A stretch of DNA of 64,000 bases, from the NCBI RefSeq assembly GCF_964204645.1, contig NC_134027.1:10200485-10264484 (forward strand), written 5' to 3'. A program made the translations under genes and the position numbers. Under the pieces are notes generated by a model. The model did no database searches and was not told the origin of the DNA. It saw only the letters and a program-made list of their open reading frames with translations. Position 1 is the first letter of the stretch; the number at the start of each line of letters is the position of its first letter. Positions 39,001 through 52,400 of this stretch are shown here, in pieces. The DNA is from Tubulanus polymorphus (lineage: Eukaryota; Animalia; Nemertea).

Positions 39001-40492
39001 TTACGCTGCCTTTGCCAACGAACCAAAATAAATAGCACATGACGATGTCGATGAAGCAGATAGTATAGCGATGACGAGTAGTGATTAGTAAAATTCGATT
39101 TGATGTAAAAAATTTGTTTGTATACGTTACGGCAGTACGCGAGTTACCGCACTACGCGCACTGCGTCGTAGAAATGACTGCCTCTCAATATACAGCATTC
39201 CAACGTGATATCGGCAAGCAGCGATCGTGCGATGCACTTCCAGGCAGTAATAATCCCAGGATCGGATTCTGAAGCCTTTAAAAGAATTTCCATCATAGTT
39301 CTATCGATCTCCACAATATCTCTACTTTTTTTCGGACAGACGTGGAGCTGGATAAACAACATTTAGTATGCTACATAGGTTAAGCCTACATTTCGTGAGA
39401 GGCAATCATGTTTTTGGTGATACGAATGGTTGATATATTGTATAATATAACAATAGCACTGTTATTGGCATTAGGTACAATCATGGATTCAAAAAGAATT
39501 TGTTTCTACGTTAATTTGACGGCAGCGATTAAGACATTTCGGATGTTTACCTCCATTAATGCTGCCATATAGAACAAAACGGGCCTACGGCAATAATAAT
39601 GGACAAAATAGGCAAGATAAACAGAAAATAGTAGCTCTCTGAATATTTCGAATAGATTTTTAAGAATATATTTTCATACAACACAATAATTCTTATAATA
39701 TAAAGTGATTATTGCTGATTGTTAATGAAGAAAAAATGAACATCTGATTTACGTAAAAGAAAATCTAAATTCTGGCATTTTTTTATGAGAATCGTCAGAA
39801 ACTCGATTTATCAACTAAAATTTGTTATACCCATTTTTCGACGAGATAAACTGCATCAGAACAGCAGAATCTGCATCATTAAATCATAAATAAATTCCGA
39901 ATTATGAAACATTGCCGTCCTGAGGCCATCATAACGAACTCAAAAATGTTCTTTCGATCGTACGAGTTTTGTAATTGCGAAATTGTAACGCCATATTCAT
40001 CAACAAGATGTTTTTAAGTCGCCAATACAGAGCCATGAATGAATGAATGAATGAATGAATAATTTATTTACTCATATATGATATGTACAAGATTATAAAC
40101 ATAATTTCTTTAGATATAATTTCATAGATTGATAGGTACATAATTTCAGCCTTATTTTTTAACATTTGTTGTAATCTATTTTGGTTTTCCTCAGGCGAAG
40201 ATCAAAAAAATTTCTGAACGGCTAGAGCCAGATTTTTACAATCGCCCATTTTTTTAATTCTCGTGTGAGAAAACAAAACTATTTGAATTCTCGCGCGAGA
40301 AAATGGGCCATTGTAAACAATCATTCATCGTGACTCTAGACGTACAGAATTTTTTTTAGTATGGCCCGAATCAGCTACCATACGCATGTACAGCTTAGTT
40401 AGCCTCTTTTCTTTAATCAAGTGTATAGGAGGATTTTTTACGTTCTTAAATAAGCAGCAGTCTCCCAGTCGTTTCTTTTTGGCTGCAATTCA

Positions 40493-40769
40493 ATGAACGG
40501 TTGAAGAGTTTACGTTGGCTTTGCTAATCATTATTTGTACGGTATCTTATTCGGCGAAAATTGATCAAAGCATCTTCAAAAACATTTTCCTTCCAAGCTT
40601 TAATGGTACTGATTTCGGCGAATGGCCGCCAGTCAGCCATCTTGATTCTGATCGGGCCAGGTTTTGGGCTGTAGATGTGTCTGGGTACACGTATAAACCA
40701 AACACCAACGCAATCCATTACTTCCAAAAATTACTGGATTCCTCCTGACGGACGGACTGCAGACGAATG
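40493..40769 (+). pseudogene. Possible frameshifted first exon of a secreted protein (discoidin/F5-8C-like)
   Basis: With two 1-nt frame corrections it reads MTVEEFTLALLIIICTVSYSAKIDQ...SDRARFW...NYWIPPDGRTADEW and ends at a G|GTAAGT donor. No downstream exons found. Confidence 0.3.
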
Positions 40770-42666
40770 GTAAGTTGAATGGACAGACGAATGAGTAGTG
40801 AGTGCGAAAGTCCGAAGTCGGCAAAACAGACTGAATTCATTTAGATACGGAGTAAACAGATTTATTTCTGAACAAACAGCAGTCATAAACATGTATGATA
40901 CAACATACGTAACAAAATATAGAGTACATGTAGTAGTGATATTAAATGCATTGGGTAGAGAGATAACTTGCAGTTTCTTTTCTGATTTTTGTTATCTCAT
41001 ACAAATTACCAGTGAGCAGAAGTCATCCGCTGCCGGTTGTGTCAAACTGAACATGAAAACAAATGAAAGAAAAACACAGTCAAATTACTGGATGCAGACC
41101 GCATTCGTTGGTCGCTTTAATGATCTTTAACTGAGCAGAGAACTATAGAAAAGACTCCTGGGCCCAGTTTCACGAAAAAGTGTAAGCCAAAAAAGGTTGA
41201 AGTTGAACTGTTGTCCTCATTGAAAACACGAAGTAACCAATAGCAATTACACCAAACATTTGAGTGTAACTTTTTTTGTGAAACTGGTGACGATATGAAA
41301 TGCTAAAACAGCTTCTACGAGACAGTGCGGTATTTTTCTCGACTCAAACGTGTATTGTTAATCAGACAACTCTGCTGCGAGTCGGGCAGCTAATACTGGT
41401 CAGTAAAATCTAACAAGAATGACACTTAATTTGATCAACAAACGTTTTAAGAAAAACCCTGTTTCAACTGAAACCGGTGGTTGTTTTACCAGTAGAGAAG
41501 GCGTAGGGAGTCGCTTAATGCTAAATCCAATTCAAATAATTCAAAAACTTAAGTCAAAATGTCAGAAGTGCGATTGCTCAAAAGGCAAATTCTCATTTAA
41601 GTAACTAACTTATCCCTAAAAGGGATCATTCATTTAATGCGAACGCATTAGGGGAGGGGGAGGGGGAGGGGTAAGTGCAATTGCGTACTGTAATGCTTAA
41701 TGTATATGAAAATGGACGATTTTACTTATAGGGGGAGGCCGAAAAAGTCAAATTTTATGCGTACATAATAAATGAATGTTTACTAGGGCTAAAAAATGAT
41801 AACTCCTAATCTGCTGGGTCATTTTTATAAAATGCAATAACATTTGTAATCATTTAATTTCTACAGCTGCCGGGTCTGTTTTTGTCAGCAAAATCATGAT
41901 TTAAAAAAAAGTAATGTACAGGCTATATATAGGCGGCTGACTGGGTCAACTTTTAAGCTCAGCAGAAATGGGAAATAAGGTATACATTTTTGTTAAGCCT
42001 AATTAGAAAATTTCTGGGTTTTTGGTTTTTTCCTTCTTCTGACGAAGTTCATAGAATAATATTTACTGAGATGTCTATCATCAATGATGGGGCAGTCATT
42101 ATGGGTGCTAGATGAACTGACCCCGACTTTAGATAGGATTTCCACTCTTCTTACATACAACAGAATAACATTAACTATGAAATATAGTGGCGGTGTACAT
42201 TCAAATTTAGGGCTGGATTCAGCGGCACACCAACTTTCACCGGAGGGCATAGAAATTAAAAGGGTAAACAGTTAAAAAGAGCAAGTTTCAACACAGAGTG
42301 AGCATGTAAGCCAAAACAGGGGTCTTGGAAATTTTGAAATTTTAGTGCATTTGAATTTTGCAATTTCCAAGCATTTCTGTGACAATCAAGAGCAATCTAA
42401 AAGATAAATTACTCGAGAAGAAATTTTCCATTTTCTTTTTCAAAAGAGCACTGGAAAATTGCGATGGGGGCACATGCTCCCTTGTACTCCTGTCTCGATC
42501 TGACCCTGAAATTACACATTCTACATCGTTAAAATGTCCGATGCACTTAGGATCTTTAATTCTAAAGTTTTAATTTGGAATTTGATCTAATCTAAACATT
42601 GTATACCGCTTCAAATATACATACATAAATGTAAAACAAACTGGTTATTACAAATCCAGATGTCTC

Positions 42667-42883
42667 CAGGGCTGCCAACCTCTTCTGAAAAGTGCCGTCA
42701 GTAATTTTTTTCAGTAACGTTTCATTGAAATATGAAAGAAAATTTTTAAATTGATCAGCAATCAACAGTAAGTCCCACGGTAACATCTTTCACATTTTTG
42801 TATGCATCAAACGAATCGAATCAGCATTTCTAGTAATAAAAGAGTAACAAATACTGAAAAACAGGAACAGTTGGCAGCAGCTG
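42667..42883. mobile_element. CAGGGCTGCCAAC-family MITE with 6-bp target duplication (hAT6-like)
   Basis: CAGGGCTGCCAAC ... GTTGGCAGCAGCTG flanked by TGTCTC on both sides. Partial copies at ~45161-45232 and ~49540-49697. Confidence 0.75.
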
Positions 42884-43414
42884 TGTCTCATAAATCGGAT
42901 TAATGTCATTGCTCCTGAATGATTCAGATTCAGGGAGGTTTAACTGATTTGAACGCTAATGCACGATGCATCGTTGATAACGCCGAAATTCACCATCAAA
43001 CATGATTTTGGAACGAATGAACAATAGCACTTCGACTTGACACCGATCGCAAGATTTACGGGAAAAGGAAAGTCTGCAACACCTGAAAAGAAACAAAAAT
43101 CTGTCAGTGACAACATAACACTGTTCAAACAAAGACAAACCTCGATGACACCAAATACTATCTAGGCGAGAAAATACACAATATCCGTGTAGGATGATAA
43201 CAAGAATAATGAAGCCAAACAATAATGAAGCCAAAATTGAAAAGTTTTAGAATGATTATATTTAAGAGCAACATTTCGGCTATATGCTATTAGCTATTAA
43301 TTTGCTAGTACGCCTGATGATGGCTAATAGCTCCAACTCACAACTGTGGAACCGGGTCCTGGTCTGCAAGTTGGAAGTAATTGAACTTACCGGGTACCCA
43401 CGAGCGATACGAAA

Positions 43415-46400
43415 TCAACGTCTTCGTCCTTTTTGTATAACCGGAAACTCACTGCAAAAATCGGAAAACGTTAGAATCAATAATCTAACAAGTATTTCAG
43501 TGAAGGCAACAATCAGTTTGTTGCCGCCTGTACCTACCCCCTCAGATAGCCCCCATTCAGGCATTCGGTCAAAATGTAATAGTAAATAAAGTTGAAGAAC
43601 AGCAAAATATCTATTTGTTTACAATGATGCCAAGTGAAAATCAGAGCAATGAGGACTCTGTGCCACCAGCTATCCCACTAGATTGCGTGCGTATCAGCAC
43701 GACAACCATGTCGGAATCTAGTTCATTTTCTACAAACTTTCATATAGACTTTTAGCCTCCATCATCAGAAATTAGGCAAATCACTCCTCTTGATAAACTC
43801 AGATAATCTTTAGGTTCATATAATAGGGTGAATTTTACTAATCACCATTCAAAGAATTTGAGATATAATGGATAGATTTTATTATAATGTGAGGAGAAAT
43901 CCGGGAGTCTGAATGCACACTAGAGAACCTGGTGGAACCTAGCTTGCCACATTCAACATGATTAGAGGCATGATGCTACGAGCCAAACCGATTATGTGTC
44001 CTCTTCACTGTCTCTTATCGAGCCATCCAATGTGGTGCATGACTGTATCGAGTAGGCTCCGCACAAGTTATTACCAGTGCACCTGGTAGCTGTCTGTAAT
44101 ATTTACGAGCGAAAATCGTGGATATTGTACAATTAATTGAAAATGTATCCAGGAACAATTGAAATCCATAAGGGGTTGATTCATTTTGAAATACAAACTG
44201 ACTGACTGACAGACGGACCAGGGGAGCTAAATAACAACAAAAGGACATTCACATAGTATATAGATATGAAAGAATTGCTCACCGGATTCCCAGTGCTGCA
44301 TAAAAAATCATAATAAAAGTGAAAACAAGCCATAGGTGACAACGGTTCTCGGGCCCAGGCTCAAACATTTTGGATGTTCTTGTATCTGGGGCCAATAGCT
44401 AAATTCTGTCAAAGACAAGTTTTTGAATACCCGGTTCCTCAGTTATGAGGTCATCTTCAAGGTCATGTCACTGAAAACCAGAGTTTTTAGTGTCTTGTTC
44501 TGCCGCTAGGTGGTGCACTGGGCCCATTCTTTGGACTACACAACTAGACCCCAATACTAACATTGTACCCGAGTTTCATCAAGATCAACCAACTATTAAT
44601 GATAAGTAGCTGTAAGACAGACACAAAGACCCAGGCTCAGGCTCGAAACCTATCTCCAAAATTACCATGGGTTAGTTCCCATTTTTGAATTTTGACCAGT
44701 TCCTAAGTTATGAGGTCATTTTCATGGTAATGTCGTTGAAAAACAGTTCATGGATGGTGCCGAGATACTACGTCTGTCAGGAGAAATTTCCAGTCGTTGA
44801 CTATATTCCGTTAATAAAAAATATTGAAAAAAACTCGATCTAAACTGCACACGACCAGTGCTCCTGAAACACGTTCGTGTTCATCGACTTCAACATCATC
44901 AATCATCATCATCGTCATCATCAATTGCCGGATCTTTAGATGGCTTTCAAGCCTATCATTATCCGTTTCCATGTCTGACTTTGTGAAAATTCAAACTCGC
45001 AGTAAAAAATGCCTGGATACACTCCTGACGAAAATTACTGATATGCAACGCACTGTAGGAATATGGCACCTGTTGGGCCGGGATGTATTTAGACGATGTC
45101 GACCGATACCATTGGAAGTGCCCTTTGAAAATTGTCTACTTTTTAAAAATCTTAAATAGGCCGGACTGCCAACCTCTGAAAAGTGCTATCAGTAACAAAT
45201 AGATTTTTTTTCAGTAACATTGAAATATGAACAAGTTAAAATTAGTTCCCGAGTTCAATTCTGCTTCAAGCTATTTTCATGAGTTTTCTGTGATCGAATT
45301 ATCACTGCTCACCTCTTATCGGAGAGTATCGACGTAGATTTATGGAGATGTTACATTTTGAGCTACATGCGTTTTGATTTTTATTAAAATGCTATCAGAA
45401 ATAAATTCAACGATTCTCGAGTTTGATTCAACTGTCGAGTGAAAATTTATGTCATTAACATCATTGTCGTCATGTCCATTTATACTGAATTTAAAGATTG
45501 CAATTCTAGCTATTGTTATTGTATACGTACGTCAACAAGCTAAAAATTTGTAACATGGACTTCCGATATAATTCTATTTAAAAAGTTGTCAGTAGTATAA
45601 TTTCGAAGTTGAATTTAGCCGTTACGTGGAGAATTGGCGTCATAGCTCAGCAGTCAAAACATGGAAAACAACATCGTCCTTGTCATAAGTGGATTCAAAT
45701 CAAAATTCAAAAGGTGCATTGGTTTGAAATCGGTTTATAGAAAGCAGTTTGCGTCCCAAACCGGTTTGCCGTAGTGAAAACAAATGCGACAGAACAAAAA
45801 GTAGGTTTGAGTCGGCTACCAGCAGAAATTTGCTTATTCCGAAAAGTCGGTTTGGTATGGCTGGTTTACACAAAGCGTTTAGGTTAACGCCCAAACAAAG
45901 ACGCCGGTTTATCAAAAACAAACCGAAACAATTTGTGCAAAATGATTTCAAACTTATGTGCCTAAAGATTGCATTGCTAGCAATCATGAATGTTTTTTTC
46001 ATTGTTAAATCGTTATTTCATCGTAAAGCGTAAGATTCCAACTTTCTAGAAGTCGCACTTGTCCAGTATCGGAGATTAACTTACTCGAACATATTGCAAA
46101 GGGCTTCATCTTCAGCGTCTTGTTCCTGGCTTTGAATCTAAAAATAAAACATTCAGAAAATAGGGTATGAAAATAGTTTACTTAATACGAAGCCCAGGCT
46201 GGCGAATATGGCAGTGATAAACAGCTAAAGTCTATTTCAACTTGACTCGAGAGGACATCGGTGGCCTAGCTCAGTCAGTTTTGGTGTGACATACCCGATA
46301 CAGGTCTTTAAAGGACCAGAATGGACCGGCAGTCGAACTAAAACATTGTTCTTCAATCCATTCTATACGCTTTATTGAAGGATTGCAAAAAAGTCTTCAT

Positions 46401-49400
46401 TGAAAACTCAAGTTGAAATAAACATTACATATCGTACATGCAGGACAGAAACAGTTTTGTTAGTGTTAATGTTCATGTTTGTGCCCCATTTACTATGACT
46501 GGAATGGTATGAGAAAAGAGTTTTAGTAGGTTCAGCGCTAATGGCCGACTTAAAGCAGAGCAAGGAAGTAAAACGCATAAAAAACACATTACAGTCCCAA
46601 ACAAGACATCTTGCGGTTCGAAAATGTTCGGCTGCTCTTGTAGAGGACGATAATACTAGCCTGTGGTGTTAGAGCTATTAAACGCCGTTTCAATAATGTT
46701 ACCTAGTAGTATGTGTTATTTAAGGAATTCTGTGAGAGTCGATATCCTATATATCATCAATACTGGTGTTACAAAATAACAACAGAAATGCTAGGGCCTA
46801 AGTACCAAAATTCCGGAATTTAGAACGGGGGGGTCTGAAAAATTCTCCCCCAGAAAAAAATTTTGCGTTTTTGCATCGCCGGAGATGCAGTATCACGATC
46901 GGCATCTTTCATCTGAAAATACGACGGCAGGCATTCATTGTGCTTCACATCCCTCGCTGCCTTCTTATGCCGCGCGCTAACCGGGTGACGAAGAATATCT
47001 TTTTTCCCGCCACTACCGTATTTGACCTGGTCTTTACAAACGACGCAGTACGCCACGCCAGCTAAGTCTAACTTGCGAATGTAGTTCGATAAGTAGTCCC
47101 CGTTACTGTCCTTACACTCTAGCCAGTGCCAGTTAAATTTATTTTTTATACCGCTGTCAATTATATCAGCCGACTCCCGACTGACAATCTTTCCGTGCGT
47201 GCTCATTTTGCAGACCGTCCCGCTTGACAGCTGCAGGCAAAAAGAAAGTTACAAAGCTGCGTGCCTCAGGACAAAGCACGTGCGTGGTAATAATTAAGAT
47301 GATATTTATTAAATATCATCTTAATTATTATCACGTGCATCTTCACATTGTTGGCTGTCAGCGGGACGATGTACAACGGCGCGTAAAGATAATTGGAAAT
47401 GGCGTCACAACAGTGGCGCTCCGCCTACGCACGCACAGATACCACAACAAGCACACATATATACATTGTAGCAGAACATCCTCGGAAACGGAGACCAAGA
47501 TAAAATAACACAGAAGCGACGACGAGTACAAGCAAACGAACACTTTTACGGTCCGTGCCATTACTGGTCGCCGCGAGGAATTCTCACCAAATTTCCGGAA
47601 TTGACATCGGCCATCCTAAATTTCCGGAAAACTAGCATCTCTGTAACAATAACAATCGCAAATTCTGGCGTTTGTTTTGTAATCTTTATGATATATATTA
47701 ATAAATCTTTATAATCATTTTTGAGAGGATGTGCACTACAACATTAACATATCAGGGCTGGTCAATTCAACCCATTCAACCCATGTATTGATATTCAAAT
47801 CCAAAATAACTTTTAAATAATATTGATCCTTAATATTATATATATTACATTACTTATTGTCAACAATATTGAGTAATATATGGGTCATTTTTCAAGGCGT
47901 CGGTTAAGATTGAAAAACATTCTGACTGTGAGAATAATACCCTTACCCTTTCGATTTCATCTTGTTGGTTTCTGAATTCCTGCTGTTTGATAATGTCTTT
48001 GTGAGGTGCTAGCTGAATAGTGATCGACTGATTCACCGCTACTGGTACTGGCAATACCTGGAGGTAACAGAGAATGACGAAGGAGTAAGGTACATTCATT
48101 CATTCGTTCATAAAAATGCCTACAGTTGCGAGCAGTTTCATAGTCAGGGTGGCCACTTTTAGTTGACTTGATTTTTCCCTGTCTTTTCCCCAACATATGC
48201 ATCTTGTTTTCCCTGACTTGATCAGCTAAGAATCCGATCGATAAACACGATCAGCAGCCCCAGCCACCTGAAGGGACATGCACAATGGCTCAACAACCGC
48301 TGATGGGAAGTATCACCTCGATCAACCTCCAACTCCTGATCAACAGATGAGAGTTTGGGGAGATTTGTTTTTAAAATGTTCTGCGATCCCACTTGCAGAA
48401 GTTACAAGTTTCAAGTCAATTAACACAGTCAAATATGCATAACATAGACAGAGGCTGTTTGATTTTACGCACAATCTAACTATCTCAACAAATTTCCCTG
48501 ACTTTACCCTGATTTTTAGCTTCTTTTTTTTCAAAATTCCTTAACTCTTTTAAAGAAGAGAAAATTCCCTGATTTCCTGGTAAGTGGCCATCCTGACAGT
48601 GAAACATCATTACAATTGACTGGGATAAGACAGATCCTTTGGATGCAATAAAACCGAAATTGGAGCAGAAATACAAGAACAAAATCAAGCCCCATCCACT
48701 GGTTTGGAAGGTAGCCATCAAAACTGACATGGAAAGATTTGTCTAGCCTAGGTCTCAATAACTTTGAAATGTTATTTAAAAGCAAAGTTCCATTGTTGAT
48801 CGACGAAATAATTTTTTTGCGGCAAATTCAAGATTGCAAAAAAAAAAATCAAAAGTAAAATTAATCCAAAATATTGGCTATAAAAAATATTATTAGTATC
48901 TTATTTAGTATAGAATTACCTTTTTGAACTTTTTGAAATTTCGAACGGGATGGCCATTACGCGCTACAATTTCCGTGTCGTCATCGTTAATTGTATTCAT
49001 TGGCCTGTGCACAAGCGGAACAACACGTACGTTCATGCAGCCACAACGTATATCTGGGTCGGGATCGTGCTCGGCTGTGCGAGGCGTCTCAGACTTGAAA
49101 TATACATACACGTTAATAAGAGCACAAAAACAAACTGATTTCCATTAGAATTCATTCGATAACCGGGATTTCCATTTCATGCGGCAAAACATAGGAATCA
49201 CGCACAACAACTATCGAAACTAACCAATTGAAATTTATTTTCCAGTTTAACCCTTTCAGTACGTTTACACCACAGTGCGGTGTATAAATCAATGATAGAT
49301 TTCGCTAGTACACCGTACTGCGGTGTATTGATGTAATTAGTAATCAGTAATCATCGCTCTTAAAAAATGGCAGCACCTGTCAAACATAGTGAAACACTAG

Positions 49401-52400
49401 TAACTAATGATACACGGCGCCGTGGTGTAGACGCATTATAGTGGTATTCCCGTTATTCAACACACTAGGGTGGAATTTTGAAAAATTTTCAAATTATCTC
49501 CAGCACTATAGGGTATTAATTAGTCAGCACTGAAAGGGTTAACATTTCATTGAAATATGAAAGAAAATGTTCAATCAATCAGTAACCAACAGTAAGACCC
49601 ACGGTAACATCTTTCAAATTTCAATATGCCGATCGAACGAATCAAATTCGCATTTCTCGTTATGAAATAGTAACAAATACTGAAAATCAGGAACAGTCTC
49701 TGAACAGGCACACTGAGTCGCTATAAGCACCAATAAAGATGGATGAAAAAGAACACAATAGCCCTCCCAAAAGTATCATCCGATCAATTCTAAACATTTC
49801 AAAGTATTCATACAAAAACTTCATTGACATTGAAGCGTCAAGTGGCAAAGTGGTTTATGCCATATTGGAAACTTTGTACTGGTCTTGGCAATTCAGGGTT
49901 GACTCATAGTACTGAAAGGGTTTGAATGATCCAATCACTGAATGCCTCTTGGAAGCAGATGAATAGACAGCAAAAACTCCATGGAGAAGGTGAAAAAGAA
50001 AGTCCACGTACGTATTGGAACTTTTTTAAATATTGCCGTATAAAATCTTTTACAAACCGTCTACGGTTCCTGTGGGCTAAAATGACATTGGGCAGATGAA
50101 ACTGCATCGTCATCATACTCACATTTCCCGTATGCTGCTTGGATAGGTATCCGTGGCTAGTTGGTTCCGCCTCAGCTAGGTTCCACATTTCAACAGTTTC
50201 GTTTTTAATTTCAATAGGTTGAGTTGGTTCACACGATTTCTAAATTATACGACCAACATACCAGTAGTGTTATGGACTAGTTTGAATACTTGGGTACCCA
50301 ATTAAGTAATCAAATCATTGGACCTTAGATAGACCTTAGAGTAACATCAGGGCGGCCACTTTAATTTGACTTGCTGTTTCCCTGACAATTCCCTGACACG
50401 TATATTGTTTTCACTGATTGGATCTGCAAAGAATCGAATCAATGAACACAGTCGAATACGTAAGACATAGACAGAAACTGTTTGATTTCATGCGCGATCT
50501 AGCAATCTCAAGTTTTAGCTTTTCTAAAAAGTTCCCCCATTAATCCCTGAAATTCTTAAAAGGAAAGAAAATTCCCTGACTTTTCCTCGATTTCCAGGTA
50601 AGCCGCCACCCTGAACATATTCATATGATTGGATACTCACCGATGGTAGTTCAGTTTTTCCGGACGCTGATTTCTCGTCGTCTTTCCGTTGCGCGTTGTT
50701 TTGATCTTGGCTCCTAATACGCGTTCTACGTCGCGGCAACGCCGGAATTGCATCGAATTCATCGGCCAGCAGTGTTTCTTTGATCTCGACGGCATCTGAT
50801 TCAGTTTTAATACTTTGTTTCGAATTGCGATTGCTAGCATTGTCATTCGATTTGGAAACAGACTGTTCGGCCGCCGCAGATATGACTTCTATGCGATTTT
50901 GTCCGTTATCGGACACAGATTTTGTGTTCAACGTTCTACGCCTACGGCCGGACATTATCGTATTAAAATCGTCGATCACCTCAGTGTTATTCGTATCCAT
51001 ATTCTCAGCAGTATTCGGTAACGCCGTTTCGACAGTTTTTTCCGGAATCTGTGAACGCCTCGATGACCGGGGCATAGCAACGAAGTCGAACAAATCGTTA
51101 TTTACAACAGGCGCTGTAGCATCTTCGCTTTTGATTTCACTTTTGATCAGTTTCGCCAGGGGTGCAGATGTCTCCGGGCTCTCAGCTCTTTGCCTATCAA
51201 TGTAAATCACTCATACATTCATACTAAGTTAGACAAGCCATAAGCGACAACAGTTCTCAGGCTCAAACTCCAACTCCAAAACTACATTGCGTTAGTTCCC
51301 ATTGCATTATGGATTGATGTATCTAGGGTCAATAGCTAAATTTTGTCAAGACAAGTTTTTGAATTTCGACCCTGTTCCTTAGTTATGAGGTCATCTTCAA
51401 GGTCATATCGCTGAAAAACAGTGCCTTGTTCTGTCACTAGGTGGCGCACTGGGCCCATTTTAGGGCACATTTTCTGCACTGCCCAACGAGACTCCCATAC
51501 TGATATTGAACACTAACTTTACCAAGATGTACCCACTATTAACGGAGCTAAGTAGCTGAAAGACAGAACCACAGATGCACAGTTTCGAGGATAAGGGCCT
51601 AACGAACACTCGAGAACCAAAGAAGATTTACCACTTTGGTGGGATATCTGATATAACCACTAGACTGTCAAGACGGGCTTAGGTAGACTCTTAACTGCTT
51701 GCAGCACACAATTCGATCGATTGCAACTAGTCGCAAATGGCTAAATACTAGACTGACATGCAACAGTGTGCGAGAAGTATCTCTGTCAGTTACAAGAGCA
51801 GCTTATGTGGCTGCGACTGGGAGATACAGGCAAATCCTCAAAAAGTAGAAAATGTGCGACATGTTGCACCTGGTGTCACTGGCAGGTGCAACGGCATCGA
51901 TTTTTCCTTACCTCTTCTTACTGGTGCCATTTATAACTTCTGGAATTTTCGTGGTAGATGAATCTCTTGATACAATTGTTTGACTGCGCGGTTCTATTTT
52001 GACAGCAACTGTGGAAACCTGTTCAGTGCAAAAACGATGAAAACATTAAACGGTAACCCTCTTGGGGCCCCGACTAAAATTAAGGATGAATGCTGATTAC
52101 GGACAAAACTTGCGATGAAATTCAGGAAGGTTTTTTAGAAATTTTCGCTACTTTTTGTTTTATTTTTCCAATTACAAAAAAAAACGAACTTAGAATATTC
52201 AATTATAGCTTTTCGTTCCTACCAGTTGCGAAGTTGTCGTTTCATCGATGATATTAGTCGTAACGTCAGCAGCAAGTGGCAGAGTTTTGTCATGACTTGA
52301 AACGAAAAAGAATATGATGAAAAATATTCAGGGCAGGCGGATTAACTAGAATCAGGATATATTGGGCCAAATTATGACAATTTATTATATATATTATATT

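Noticed and set aside
45700-46033. Overlapping ORFs on both strands in an NBN intron
   Set aside because: AAACCG/CGGTTT-rich repeat-like sequence with no ATG-led coding signal.
46195-46400. Possible SINE or HDV-like ribozyme
   Set aside because: I could not build the nested pseudoknot pairings or find paired A and B boxes.
50780-51205. Plus-strand 141-aa ORF
   Set aside because: Antisense to NBN exon 12.
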